Shown: positions 13,439 through 24,957 of the stretch, piece by piece | How positions within the stretch are numbered: the stretch's first letter is position 1 | Layout: every line of letters starts with the position of its first letter | Source: Piromyces finnis finn | Taxonomy: Eukaryota; Fungi; Neocallimastigomycota | Assembly: GCA_002104945.1 (NCBI GenBank) | Contig: MCFH01000052.1 | Span: forward strand, 186,001 to 250,000 | Direction of reading: 5' to 3' | Length of the DNA stretch: 64,000 bases | The notes under the pieces: model-generated | What the model saw: the letters and a program-made list of their open reading frames with translations, nothing else | Database searches by the model: none | What the model was told of the DNA's origin: nothing | Translations under genes and position numbers: made by a program

Positions 13439-14325
13439 ACTTTTTGGGAAAAGTTACCAGACGCATGAGGGGTATTCCTAGGCTGAGTGTAAGATGAATT
13501 ATACCTGTTTTGATACTGATTTGGTGGATTATAAGCAGGATAAGGAGTGTAATATTCAGATTGATGATAAGTGGCATAACCATCACCCATTGGTGCAGGA
13601 GGCCTGTTGTTGAAATAAGGATCTGAGTAACTAGGTCCAGGAGCTTGGACAGGAGCAACCGGTGTTGAAGGATAATTGTAACTGGAATTATTGGAATATC
13701 CATAAGAATAAGGGTTAGGATTGGAATAATGACTATCCATCGGACGATACTGTGGTGTATAAGCACCATGAAGATTATAACCAGGAGTAAAGCTACTGGA
13801 ATAAGAGGCGTATTCTTTCCAGTATTCGTGGTTCTTTGCAGTTTGGCAAGCCTCATCAATAGTTGCGGGCTCGCGAATGGTGAGGGCATGTTGTAATTCT
13901 GGACGACTACGGATAGCATGCATATAGTCGTACACAGAAACTCTGGGGCGATATTCCGCATCCAAAGAATGGTAAAGGTCCAAAAACCTATTATTGAATT
14001 CATCCACTGTTTCTCCAGGACGAATGACCATAATCTTTAATCGGCGAAAACCATCCTGTTTGTTGTTCCAATAGGCTAACCTATTCCTAATTGATGGCAT
14101 ACATTCATCCAAAGAGGGTGGCCTGTTCCACATGCGTTCAAACCTAATTAGTTCATCAACAATTTCTGGGAAATCGATACAACCGACAATGGTATCGAAC
14201 TTTTCATTCTCATCAACAATGCCTTCTCTAGAAAACCATGCTTCCATCTGACGTTTCCACACATCTTCGTTGCAATGGGTTTTGTCCAAGATAGGAAGTC
14301 TATAATACGAAGATCTATTAGCCAT
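13378..14325 (-). CDS. gag: Gag of E2 (315 aa, capsid-like domain and CCHC knuckle)
   Basis: Intact ORF; PGETVDEFNNRF and CYRCHQPGHLQKDC. Confidence 0.93.
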   Translation of the reverse strand: MANRSSYYRLPILDKTHCNEDVWKRQMEAWFSREGIVDENEKFDTIVGCIDFPEIVDELIRFERMWNRPPSLDECMPSIRNRLAYWNNKQDGFRRLKIMVIRPGETVDEFNNRFLDLYHSLDAEYRPRVSVYDYMHAIRSRPELQHALTIREPATIDEACQTAKNHEYWKEYASYSSSFTPGYNLHGAYTPQYRPMDSHYSNPNPYSYGYSNNSSYNYPSTPVAPVQAPGPSYSDPYFNNRPPAPMGDGYATYHQSEYYTPYPAYNPPNQYQNRYNSSYTQPRNTPHASGNFSQKVCYRCHQPGHLQKDCGRLNH

Positions 14326-14373
14326 AGCAAAAATTTACTGAAATTTAAAGGGTTAGGTATTAATGAGTAAACA

Positions 14374-14408
<35 letters not shown>

Positions 14409-14825
14409 ATTTAACTGAAAATAATATAACAAACTAATTATTTAATATATTTTATTTATCAAGTTTAGTTTTCGACCTCCACTTCGGGCCCTCACTAATA
14501 AATACTTTATTCTAACAGTGGGTTAGAATGGTGATATTTCTTTAATAGCTGCCGGAAGCGCTCTACTCTCCTAATGAATATTTAAGAACTGATATGGTAG
14601 TTACCAACTCTTAAATAACCTCAATAAATAACTGGAGTAAATATACTAAACTTTAATAATTTATACGCAAGCGTTGTAGCTGTCTAATATAAACTACTTA
14701 ATTATATTATATTATTAAAAGAATAACAACTTTTTATATCCTTTTCTACTTCTAAGTAGTAAAGGAGGAAAATAACAATAAAACTTGTTTTAAAAATCGA
14801 AAAAAAAAAAAACACTATTCTTTCT

Positions 14826-14844
14826 ATCCCCGATATCTCCACCA
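14826..14844 (-). promoter_or_regulatory. Primer binding site, tRNA-Ala-like
   Basis: TGGTGGAGATATCGGGGAT lies 3 nt inside the 5' LTR and resembles the complement of eukaryotic tRNA-Ala 3' ends (...AUCCCCGGCAUCUCCACCA). Confidence 0.8.
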
Positions 14845-14847
14845 AGT

Positions 14848-15266
14848 TGATACGGGTTAATTTTATGTAGAAAGAATTAAACTTTAATTAATATATATTT
14901 TATTAATAATTTTATTTATAACGTTCCAATATTTCTATTCTGTCTAAATACTAAAACGTTCTGTCGTTGTCAAATATTAAAATTCTAACTAAAACAAGAA
15001 GCCCTTTTTAATAATATTTATTCTAGTCTATTTATACTAATGAGGCTTACTTAATAATTAATTGTCCAATTATAAGGCTGGAACTATATGGATCATTCAT
15101 TTACAATACTCTTTTACATTACATGATATTACATTTGTCGTACATTTACATTATATTCTTATACATTGTAGAAATAATTAATATTATAATAAATCTATAT
15201 AAATTTAATATTAGGAAAAATTACTAATATAATAATATGTTCAAGTCACATATTATTTTTATATCA
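14848..15266 (-). repeat. 5' LTR of E2
   Basis: Matches 8330-8748. Confidence 0.97.
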
Positions 15267-16289
15267 TATCTCATTATAACTGAAATATTTACAATGTAAC
15301 TTTTTCTCTTTGTTAACCTTATTAATAAAATTATTTATTAATTAAATTTATTTCACAAAGCTATTTCTAAATAATATTTTATTATGTTAAGAAATTAAAT
15401 TATTTTAACGCTTTTTTTTTTTGAAATATTAACATTATAATAATAATAATTTAATAATTATTTAATAATTATTTAATATATTTTTTTTTAAAAAAAAAGA
15501 GTTGCATTTTCTAAAGTAACATTTAAAAGACCTTTTTTATTTTTATATAATTAAAAATAAAATAAAATATGGAAATCAGACGAATATTTTAATGATTTTT
15601 TATAAGAGAATAAAGATATTTAATGATAATATTTAATATAAATATAAAAATATTTTATACTTATGATAATAAAAAATAAATATAAACAAACATTTTTTTA
15701 ATTTTATACTTTAATAGGTGTGAATTGTATTACAAACATTCATTTTTATGAACTTTCAAGATGAATTATAGATAATCAATTTTATTACATTGAAATTTTA
15801 TTTTCTTTTATTTTTGTATACATTATTAATAATGTATCTGATAAATAAAATTAAAATTAACACTTAAAATGATATATATTATAATGATCCGATTCATCTT
15901 TCATTGGCTCATTTTTAATTAATGCGCCGAATATAAAATTTTATTAGTATTTAAAATTAATTTTTAATAAATGAAATAGAATAGCAATAATTAAAAATGA
16001 ATTAGATTGTTGCAAATCATCAGTAAAAAGTATTATATTTTTATTACACAAGACTAATACGAATAATAATTATTCAGATGGTAGAATGAACAAATATGTA
16101 AATAAAAGAAATGAAATGGAGTCCAATCCGAATATGCATTTTTTTTTTTTTTTTGGAAATCGATATATAGGTGTTATAAAGATGTATAAATTAATCCGCA
16201 CATTTGATTTCAGTAATAATCAAGAAAATAGAGAATAAATTAATTAATGTTTTTAATCAAAAATATACCGAAATTGTTAATAATTTTTA

Positions 16290-17048
16290 TTAACTCAAAA
16301 ATAAAAAATAAACGTTAAATTTTTTTATTTTTAAAACATTTTATTAACTCTTAAAAGCATTATTAACTATATAATAGTTAATAATTAAAATATTAAAAAT
16401 AAATTAAATAATAATTAAAATAATTTTAACAATTATTGATTTAACAAATAAAAACTATATTTATATATTTTCATAATTATATTCTAATATATTGTTCTGT
16501 TTAAATAAACATATATTTAATATAAAATAAACAAAACTAATCTAATTAAATAATAAAATAAAGCTAAACTAAAACTAATTCATTGTACTTTTAATTCAAT
16601 TTGAGTAACTCAAAATTGAATAAAGGCCATGTATTATCTATAAATTAATATCAATACTATTTATAATATATTTCCCATTGAAATATAAACAAATCTATTT
16701 TTAAAACTAAGTTAAAATTATTAAGCTATTCTAAATTTAAATAAAAAAGTATAATGTTATTAAACTATTCTATAACTAAATAAAAAGAATATAAAAAATA
16801 TTTTGAATATTTAAAATATTTAAAATATTTGAAATATTTAAATTTAATTAAAATTCTTTTATTCCTTAAATTTAAATATTTATCTTAATTTAAATTTAAC
16901 GGAATTATTATAAAATAATTTATTATTAAATTATTCCATAAAATTTATTCCAAAAACTTTATAATTAAGTTTACTAAATATTAATTTAATAATTAATAAT
17001 TAATTATTAATTATTAAATGATCTAAAGATATATATTATATCTTTATA
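16290..17048. mobile_element. Decayed solo LTR of AT-rich family L2
   Basis: Shares blocks with 4373-4647, 40100-40435 and 42219-42619; ends GATATATATTATATCTTTATA (CA mutated to TA); left boundary approximate. Confidence 0.6.
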
Positions 17049-17479
17049 AAAACCATATTTATAATATAACAATCTTTGTGAATAGAATAGATATCTTGAT
17101 CTATTCTTAGTGTTGATATTACATTTTCCCTATTTTATCGATGTTTTAATTTATGGACACATATTTTATCTATATCATAAATTTATGAGCACACGTGATT
17201 AACTTATAAAAAGTAATTCGCTATGTCAGTGTATTATCAAATTACAGAATAAACTTAAGAATTTATCAAAACTAATTTTTATTTTATAAAACACTAATAA
17301 TTTCAATTAATCTAATGCTTACTTCTTTTATACATAAACATAATTTCCAATACAATGTGATGAGTAAATAGATTATTTAATGATTAGTTATAAAGTAATT
17401 TTTTTCATTAATTCTAATATAATCCTAATGAATTTTCTTTAATCTAACTCTTGCTATTAAGTACAATTCTTTACAATAC

Positions 17480-17748
17480 TACAGGATGTAGCATTTTACT
17501 CAAGATCTTTGAACAAAGCTGAGGCTAACTACATTATATGATAAGGAGCTTCTGGCTGTTATTATCGCTTTTGATGTATGGAGACATCATTTAGAAGGCG
17601 CGAGGTTCCCAATTCAAGTTATTACTGATCATAAAAATCTACTTTATTGAAAAAAGTCTTAACGTCTTAATCAGAAGAAAATCCACTGGGCATGTTTTTG
17701 TCAAAATTTGATTATAGAATTTCTTTTAGACCCGGTGCTAGAAGTGGG
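17480..17748 (+). pseudogene. pol: RNase H fragment of a host chromovirus pol; resumes at 25785
   Basis: [35 protein letters not shown]...FRPGARSG. Confidence 0.85.
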
Positions 17749-18095
17749 TGTAACAAGAAACTAGTGATAACCACTAGTTTGTTGTAGGAATTAATAATAA
17801 ATAAAATAAATAAATAAAAACACAGAATTAAATAAATATTATTATTTGGATTTTATTATTATATTATTTATTATTATTGAATGTTAATAATAGCTCAAAG
17901 AGCATAAAATAAAAAATAATACATGGTTTTTATATTCAATATATCTATTCTAAATTACATGATTGGTTATTACATAAAAATATAACAATATTATTTCAAT
18001 ATTAATTTTATAATAAGGAAACAGTTGGATTCGAACCAGTGACAAAATCCATATCAGACTACGATCAGTACCATTGAACTATCAAAGCCGTTATA
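17749..18095 (-). mobile_element. Short LTR 'A' (347 bp) containing a tRNA-like segment
   Basis: TGTAAC...GTTATA termini (CA mutated to TA); resembles the 5456-5844 LTR. Confidence 0.6.
18017..18088 (-). other. tRNA-derived Pol III promoter-like sequence (A and B boxes); not a functional tRNA
   Basis: TAGTTCAATGG at positions 8-18 and GGTTCGAATCC at 52-62 with canonical tRNA spacing; acceptor, D and anticodon stems do not pair. Confidence 0.65.
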
Positions 18096-18155
18096 ACGAT
18101 ACTAAATCAAACTAACACTAGTTATAAATTTATTTATTATTAAACTTTATTTATT

Positions 18156-19297
18156 TGTCACGAATACTAGTGAAATTACAATTTCAAGATCACTTGGAAT
18201 TGTGAAATCACTTATGAAAATTTAAAATCAACAAATATTTTATTTTCAAATAAATTATAAAATTTTATTAAGAAATATTTAAAAATTTAGGAAAGGTTAA
18301 AATATGACCTTAACCCTTAGTAATTTTTATAATAAATAACTTTAACCCTTATCGTTAAAATGGAATAAGAAAAAACACGCGTATCTCCTCAACGAATGAC
18401 GATTTTTGAATAAAAATATTTTGGTTATAATTACGTTCGTTAGAAAGCCACGCTCGAGACAAACAACATATCTTAAAATCAGGTCAATATCTCTGCTGGT
18501 TCACGAGATATTCCAATTTAAAAATATTTTGTTAGCAATGATTAATTGTTTATTCAGAGAATGATCACCCCTGATATATCAAACATAAATCATTCACTCA
18601 AAGTATAAAAATTATTGTTTAATTAAATTAAAATTATTTTCCGGAACTAATTAACTTTATTTTATAATAATTATTTCAATAACATAATTTATAATCTTTG
18701 AACTAGAGGATTATAATTATTAATATTATATTCAATGAATTATATTATAATTAAGAAATAATTAATATTATGAATATTATAAACAATAGTTATTTTTTAA
18801 TAATTAGGAATAAGTCTTAAGTTTAGTTTAAGTATTATAAAATATATTATGAATATAATCATGTATTGAAAAGTTATTTTATTATTAAATGTAAAATTAC
18901 AAATAGTATAAATAGTTTAGAATAGTTTATGAAATTAAAATCTTTGTAAAGATTATTAACCAAAAATTATTAACCAAAAATTATTAACCATAAATTATTA
19001 AATTATTAACTATAAATTATTAACTAAAGATTATTAACTAGAAATTATTAACTATTAATAATAATTAATACTTAATGAGTATTACTACTAAATAATCTTA
19101 TTATTATATTTTAGCAATATATTATTAAATAAAATAAAAGAAATTATTTTAACCATAATATATAATTTAATTATTCATTTATAAATCAATTAAGATTATT
19201 TTAATAAAACATTTTTTTTTCTAACCTAGTTATCTTTTAACCTTTTATTTAATTTAATATTTTAATATTAAATTATAAGTTTAGTAAAACTTTTACA
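18156..19297. mobile_element. Solo LTR 'C' (1142 bp) nested in the 3' LTR of B
   Basis: TGTCAC...TTTACA with TTATT TSD; removing it restores the sequence seen in the 5' LTR. Confidence 0.85.
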
Positions 19298-20040
19298 TTA
19301 TTTATTAAATTATATTAAACTAAACTAAACTAAAACAACCGTTGATTACTTTACCGTGAAGGTTATTTTACCAGAGCCCTCACTAGGTAATCAATTATTA
19401 ATTAAAGCTAAACTAATTATTAACTAATGTTAATTTATCTAAACTAAATTAACCTATACTACTAACTATACGATTTTCCAACTATCGTTTCAATAGTTGA
19501 CAAATTTTCTTTATTTATACTTTTTAAATAAATTGAATAAATTCTAATATACATGTTTTAATATTATAATTTTACATTGTTTACATTTATGCATTTATTA
19601 AAAGAAATTATTTGTATTAAACTATTTAAATTCAATTTATTTACTAAAGAATTTTCTAAACTTAAAATAAAGTTTTGATTTAATTACTATATGGTTGATT
19701 ATATTTCAAACATATATTTAATTTATTTATTTCTAATTTTGAGGCTTAGTTTATAAAAAAAATTTTTTCTTATCTAAAATATTTATTGGTTGAAATTTAT
19801 TTAATTTAAAAATTTTATTTTATCATCAAAAACTTTATCTTATCATAAAATTAGATTTACATAAATTTATGTTAATGTATTGTAATACATTATTTTATCG
19901 TAACTTTAGATTTCACATAGATTTATGTTAATGTATTGTGATATAAATTTTGTAAAGATTTACGGTACATTAATTCAATACATTGTACATTATTTTAAAT
20001 ACGTATTAAATACATTATTCTATTAATACAATATTTTACA
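19298..20040 (-). repeat. 3' LTR of B (main part)
   Basis: Essentially identical to 25040-25782 apart from a 2-bp indel. Confidence 0.95.
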
Positions 20041-20051
20041 TGCCCCTCTTC

Positions 20052-23000
20052 TTAAGTCGAGCCCCTGAGCGACTTATGTTTAAGGTATTCCTGGATCAAT
20101 TGAGGGTCATCGATTTCATCTTCTTTAAGCCATGTACTTTCTGAAGGTAATAAGTTTTTCCAAACCATAAAGTAGTACTTAATTCCATTAACAACTTTTT
20201 CACTAACAATCTTCAATGGAATTCTTCCTTCAGCAGAATCGGTAGCAATGTTTGGAATTCTAGAAGTTGATTCATTCACTTCAACTTCTCTTTCAACATA
20301 AGATTCTAAGTTCGAAATATGGAAAACGGGATGACATCTTAAACTTTCTGGTAGTTCCAATTTATAAGAAACGGGTCCTGTTTTTTCAATAATCTTAAAT
20401 AGACCAAGTTTCTTATTTGTTAATTTTGGAGGTCCTTTAGGAAGTAAATCAGGACGCTTTAACCAAACTAAGTCACCAACCTTTAACTTAGGTCCAATAA
20501 GTCTAATACAATCGGCGTATTTCTTATATCTTTCCTTGGCTTTTTCTAAGTTCTTCTTTAAGAATTTAATATTATCTTGCATCTGAGAGGCGTGCCTGTT
20601 AGCTCTTCTGTTGTCACTATCAGCAGGAATATCGGTATTAAATCTTGGATTTTGCCCATAATTTGCAAAGAATGGAGTTTGATTTATAGATTGCTGAAGT
20701 GTATTATTATACGCAAATTCGGCATAAGGCAAAAGATTCATCCAGTTATCTTTTCTTTTGTTAATATAACATCTAAGGAATTGTTCTAAAATACTATTTA
20801 CACGTTCAGTCTGTCCGTCTGTTTGAGGATGGTGAGCACTCGAAATATTGTGCTTAATGTTCAACAAAGTGCATAATCTTTGCCAAAATTCTGAAGTAAA
20901 CTGGGTTCCTCGATCCGATATTATTTCATCAGGTAGACCATGTAAACGAAAAACTTCTCTAAAGAAAACATCAGCAGCAATTTGAACAGTAGGAATCATT
21001 CTAAACGGAATAAAGTGAGCCATCTTCGTTAGTCTATCCACAACAACCATTATAACTGTTTTTTCCTTTGACTTTGGCAAATCAGTTATAAAATCCATAG
21101 AAACAGAAGACCACGGTCTTTCAGGAGTTGGTAGCGGCTGTAAAGGTCCATAAGGTCTATGACGATCAACCTTAGCAGCTCCACAAACTTTACAAGAAGC
21201 AATAAACTTAACTATATCTTGAGTCATGTTTATCCAAACAAAGTTTCTTGTAATTAATTCTTTTGTTTTAATAATACCAAAATGACCATGAATTGGATTG
21301 TCATGATGCATTGAGATTATTGTATTTCTCATTTTCTTTGGTACATAAATTAAACTTTTATACAAAAGAATTCCTTCTTCGCTTAACTTAAAATTCTTCA
21401 TTAACTTCTTATACTTCTTACTTGCGGTAGATTTTCCTTGTAGTATTTTTATTAACTCTTTAATTTCTTCATCTTCTTTAATTTCTTTAATTAAATCTTC
21501 TTTAAGATTTCCTCGAATAGACACAAGACATAAAGTATCTTCAATTTCTTTGACTGTCAAACAGGAATAAGCTTCTTCATCTTCTTTATTAATTTTTTCC
21601 TTTTCATAATCAGGGCGTCTTGAAAAAGCATCAGGTTTTCCACCTTCTTTACCCGGTCTATATTGTATTTTGAAGTCATAACGTGTTAAGAACAAATTCC
21701 ATCGAATTTGTCTTTGCGATAATAATTCGGGCTTCCTTGGAAAAGTAAGATTTTTATGATCTGTGTAGATCATAAATTGATGCTTAGCTCCTTCTAAGTA
21801 ATGTCTCCATTGTTTCAAAGCTTCAATAACAGCCAAAAGTTCTTTATCATAAATTGGGTAGTTCTTTTCCGATTTAGTCAATCCTCTTGAATAATAACAA
21901 ATTGGATGAAGCTCGTTATTATCCGGTAATCTTTGAGATAATACGGCACCGATTGCGAAATTACTTGCATCTGTCTCAACCACAAAAGGTAATTCAGGAT
22001 CAGCATGAATTAAAATTGGTTCCTCGGTAAAGAATTTCTTTAATATACAAAAAGCTTCATTACATTCTTCTGGCCAATGAAAATTGACATCTTTCTTAGT
22101 TAGATTATGTAACGGTTTAGCAATACTAGCAAAGTTTGGAATAAATCTTCTATAATAATTGCATAATCCAATAAACGACTGAACTTCTTTAACAGATGTT
22201 GGCACAGGCCATTCCATAATAGCTTTAACCTTTTTTGGATCCATAGAGATTCCCTTATCTGAGATAACATGCCCTAAGAAAGTAGTTTCTGAAGTTTCAA
22301 ATTCACATTTGCTAAGTTTCGCATAAAGACCATTTTCTTTTAATCTTTGAAGAACTTTCTTTACATGCTTTCGGTGTTCTTCCAAGTTTTTCGAATAGAT
22401 AAGAATATCATCAATATAAGAAAAGGCGAATTCATCCAAGTATTCTCCGAGAACATCATTGATAAAATGTTGGAAAGTTGCAGGAGCGTTTTTTAATCCA
22501 AACGGCATGACAAGATATTCAAAGTGACCAAATCTTGTCCTAAATGCAGTCTTATATTCATCACCTTCATTTATTCGAACTAAATTGTAAGCAGACTTGA
22601 GATCAAGTTTAGTAAAAACTTTGGCTTCTCTTAATCTATCGAATAATTCAGATATGAGAGGTAGTGGATATGAATCCCTGATTGTGTTTTCATTGAGTCT
22701 TCGGTAGTCAACACACAATCTTAAAGTTCCATCCTTTTTCCTAACACATAGCACAGGTGCTCCAGCAGGTGAAGTAGACGGTCTTATAAATCCTTTTTCC
22801 AGATTTTCAGAAATATACTCCTTTAGCGTATTCCTTTCTTCTTCTGTTAAAGGGTATAAAGGACCATAAAATAAGTTATCCTTATCTTTCAATCTTATTT
22901 TACAATCGTATATTCGATGTGGAGGTAGTTCATTACACTCAACTTCATCAAATACATTTTCAAATTCCTTATATACATCTGGAATTTCTACAATATTTTC

Positions 23001-24557
23001 TCTAACATCTTCACCACTATTTCCATCATTTGAAAGAACACTACATACAATATACTTTTGAACATTCTTTTTATTTAATTTTAAATTTTTACTACATTTC
23101 TTTTTAATACATGAATTTTTATTTTTATCTATAATTTTTCTATTTTCTTTATTCCTAATTTCACTTTCTCTAATTCTTAAACTATTCTTATAATTGTTAA
23201 GTATTTCTTGTACGAGTTCCTTTTCTTTTCTTCTTTCTTCTTCTTTGGCCAATTGTGCTTCTTGATTTCTTCTTTTCATGTCTTCTGGAGTTGCACAGCA
23301 ATTCAAAGAACAGAATTCGGATTTGAATTCAAGAGTTTGATCCTTAAAGCTAATTGTAGGATCGTGTTTTCTTAACCAATTCTTACCCAGAATAACAGAA
23401 ATACCAGAAGGAAGATCAGTAAGGTAGAATTGAATGGATTCTTTATGATTCTTGATGTTCATGATTAAAGGAATTGTTTCATACTTCAAGAATCCATTAC
23501 CACCTATACCTTCAACAAACTTATCCTTAAACATTCTTTGGAATGGGATCTTGTACTTGTCCACGGCTTTCCAATCCAAAAAGTCTAAGTCCGAACCAGA
23601 ATCCACAAGAGCCTTAAGATACACTCCATTATTGACTTGTAATAGAATGTCATAAACATTTAACATTCTTCTTCCAGCGGTAGTAGCCATAAACGCTTTT
23701 GGTCTATTTATAACCTTATCCTTAAGTTGAGGACAATCCTTCTTAATATGTCCAGTCCTTTTGCAGAAGAAACATTTTCTAGGCTTAGCTGAGGTTGTAA
23801 GGGTTTCTTGATCTACATAATTTCTATATTTTACACCATAAGAGAGGTACCTTGTTCCTAAGTCTCTGTTATATCTTCGGTTCTTCTTTCCGTCGACATC
23901 CATAGGATCCTTTCCGAAGACTTTCCATTCTACTTCTACATTGGCAGCAACAACATTAATTAACTCAGTTATCTTTCTAATTCTTGGGTAAAGGAGCTTC
24001 GCTTTTTCCTTGACTGAAGTTGGTAAGCCTTCCATAAAGAAATGGATCTTTGCTTCATCATTAAAGGACGAGTCTCTAGCCATCTTTTCAAATTCCTCGC
24101 AGTAGTCCATGACGTTCTTGAATTGGCTTGACTTTAACTTTGCAAGTCGACTGTTGGCTACATCGGCACTGTTACAGGTTTTATAGCGAGCCTTCATTGC
24201 CTCAATAAAATCTTCATAGGAGTTCAACAGGGGGCTTTCTTCTCTTTCCAAGTCGGCAAACCATTCGGCGGCGGTTCCTTCCAGGTAGCATCCCAAGATA
24301 TCCAGCTTGTAGGCGTCGGTAGCATCTTCTTCTAAGTTATATTTGAAATATTTCTCCAATCTTGCCAGGAAGTAAAGAAGTTCACTTCTTTTTCCTGAAA
24401 ATCTTGGAGGTTTTGGGATGAGTCTTCCCCTGGTGTTAACGCTTTTACCAGTCTCATCCTCAATGTCCATCATGGAACTCGCCTCAGAGCCTGCGTCACT
24501 GGCTCCAGCTATTCCATCACTACGGTTGTTTATTCTTAAATAACTGTTTCTATCCAT
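20052..24557 (-). CDS. gag-pol: Single-ORF Gag-Pol polyprotein: capsid, CCHC, PR, RT, RNase H, integrase, GPY/F, chromodomain-like
   Basis: Likely start MDRNSY at 24557; CFFCKRTGHIKKDC, LVDSGSD, YIDDILIYS, ETDAS, H..GH..C..C, DFITDLP, SDRG, and C-terminal YYFMVWKNLLPSESTW. Confidence 0.96.
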   Translation of the reverse strand: MDRNSYLRINNRSDGIAGASDAGSEASSMMDIEDETGKSVNTRGRLIPKPPRFSGKRSELLYFLARLEKYFKYNLEEDATDAYKLDILGCYLEGTAAEWFADLEREESPLLNSYEDFIEAMKARYKTCNSADVANSRLAKLKSSQFKNVMDYCEEFEKMARDSSFNDEAKIHFFMEGLPTSVKEKAKLLYPRIRKITELINVVAANVEVEWKVFGKDPMDVDGKKNRRYNRDLGTRYLSYGVKYRNYVDQETLTTSAKPRKCFFCKRTGHIKKDCPQLKDKVINRPKAFMATTAGRRMLNVYDILLQVNNGVYLKALVDSGSDLDFLDWKAVDKYKIPFQRMFKDKFVEGIGGNGFLKYETIPLIMNIKNHKESIQFYLTDLPSGISVILGKNWLRKHDPTISFKDQTLEFKSEFCSLNCCATPEDMKRRNQEAQLAKEEERRKEKELVQEILNNYKNSLRIRESEIRNKENRKIIDKNKNSCIKKKCSKNLKLNKKNVQKYIVCSVLSNDGNSGEDVRENIVEIPDVYKEFENVFDEVECNELPPHRIYDCKIRLKDKDNLFYGPLYPLTEEERNTLKEYISENLEKGFIRPSTSPAGAPVLCVRKKDGTLRLCVDYRRLNENTIRDSYPLPLISELFDRLREAKVFTKLDLKSAYNLVRINEGDEYKTAFRTRFGHFEYLVMPFGLKNAPATFQHFINDVLGEYLDEFAFSYIDDILIYSKNLEEHRKHVKKVLQRLKENGLYAKLSKCEFETSETTFLGHVISDKGISMDPKKVKAIMEWPVPTSVKEVQSFIGLCNYYRRFIPNFASIAKPLHNLTKKDVNFHWPEECNEAFCILKKFFTEEPILIHADPELPFVVETDASNFAIGAVLSQRLPDNNELHPICYYSRGLTKSEKNYPIYDKELLAVIEALKQWRHYLEGAKHQFMIYTDHKNLTFPRKPELLSQRQIRWNLFLTRYDFKIQYRPGKEGGKPDAFSRRPDYEKEKINKEDEEAYSCLTVKEIEDTLCLVSIRGNLKEDLIKEIKEDEEIKELIKILQGKSTASKKYKKLMKNFKLSEEGILLYKSLIYVPKKMRNTIISMHHDNPIHGHFGIIKTKELITRNFVWINMTQDIVKFIASCKVCGAAKVDRHRPYGPLQPLPTPERPWSSVSMDFITDLPKSKEKTVIMVVVDRLTKMAHFIPFRMIPTVQIAADVFFREVFRLHGLPDEIISDRGTQFTSEFWQRLCTLLNIKHNISSAHHPQTDGQTERVNSILEQFLRCYINKRKDNWMNLLPYAEFAYNNTLQQSINQTPFFANYGQNPRFNTDIPADSDNRRANRHASQMQDNIKFLKKNLEKAKERYKKYADCIRLIGPKLKVGDLVWLKRPDLLPKGPPKLTNKKLGLFKIIEKTGPVSYKLELPESLRCHPVFHISNLESYVEREVEVNESTSRIPNIATDSAEGRIPLKIVSEKVVNGIKYYFMVWKNLLPSESTWLKEDEIDDPQLIQEYLKHKSLRGST

Positions 24558-24864
24558 TTTACTATTACTTAATAAACAACAAATTACTAACCAATAATTA
24601 ATATCCCAATTATTCAAACTATTCAACTTGACTATTTCTAATTATTATATTATTATATTAAACCAACCAATAATTTAACAACTCAATTACAAAATAATTA
24701 ACTAAACTAAATATTTTTTTTTTTTTTTTTTTTTTATTTTATTTTACTATTACTATTTATTAACTATTAATAAACTATATTTACTATCACAACAACAAAT
24801 TATTCTATACCAAATATTTCAATATTTCCCCGAAATTAACTAAAATTAATTTCTAACAACAAAA

Positions 24865-24907
<43 letters not shown>

Positions 24908-24946
24908 ATTGCTACTTGTATACAAAGGTGAACTACTATACTAATA

Positions 24947-24957
24947 AGTTGGAAAAT
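24947..24957 (-). promoter_or_regulatory. Self-priming (Tf1-type) PBS ATTTTCCAACT
   Basis: Abuts the LTR end; perfect 11-nt complement of AGTTGGAAAAT at 25225-25215, which lies 29 nt downstream of TATAAATA (25261-25254); no TGG tRNA-type PBS. Confidence 0.8.

Larger units (their letters stand above)
8330..15266 (-). mobile_element. Full-length Ty3/gypsy LTR retrotransposon E2 (non-chromovirus)
   Basis: Two 419-bp LTRs, TATC TSD (8326-8329 and 15267-15270), PBS, PPT, gag, and pol with PR-RT-RH-IN order. Confidence 0.97.

Noticed and set aside
18017-18088. Functional tRNA gene
   Set aside because: Acceptor, D and anticodon stems do not pair.
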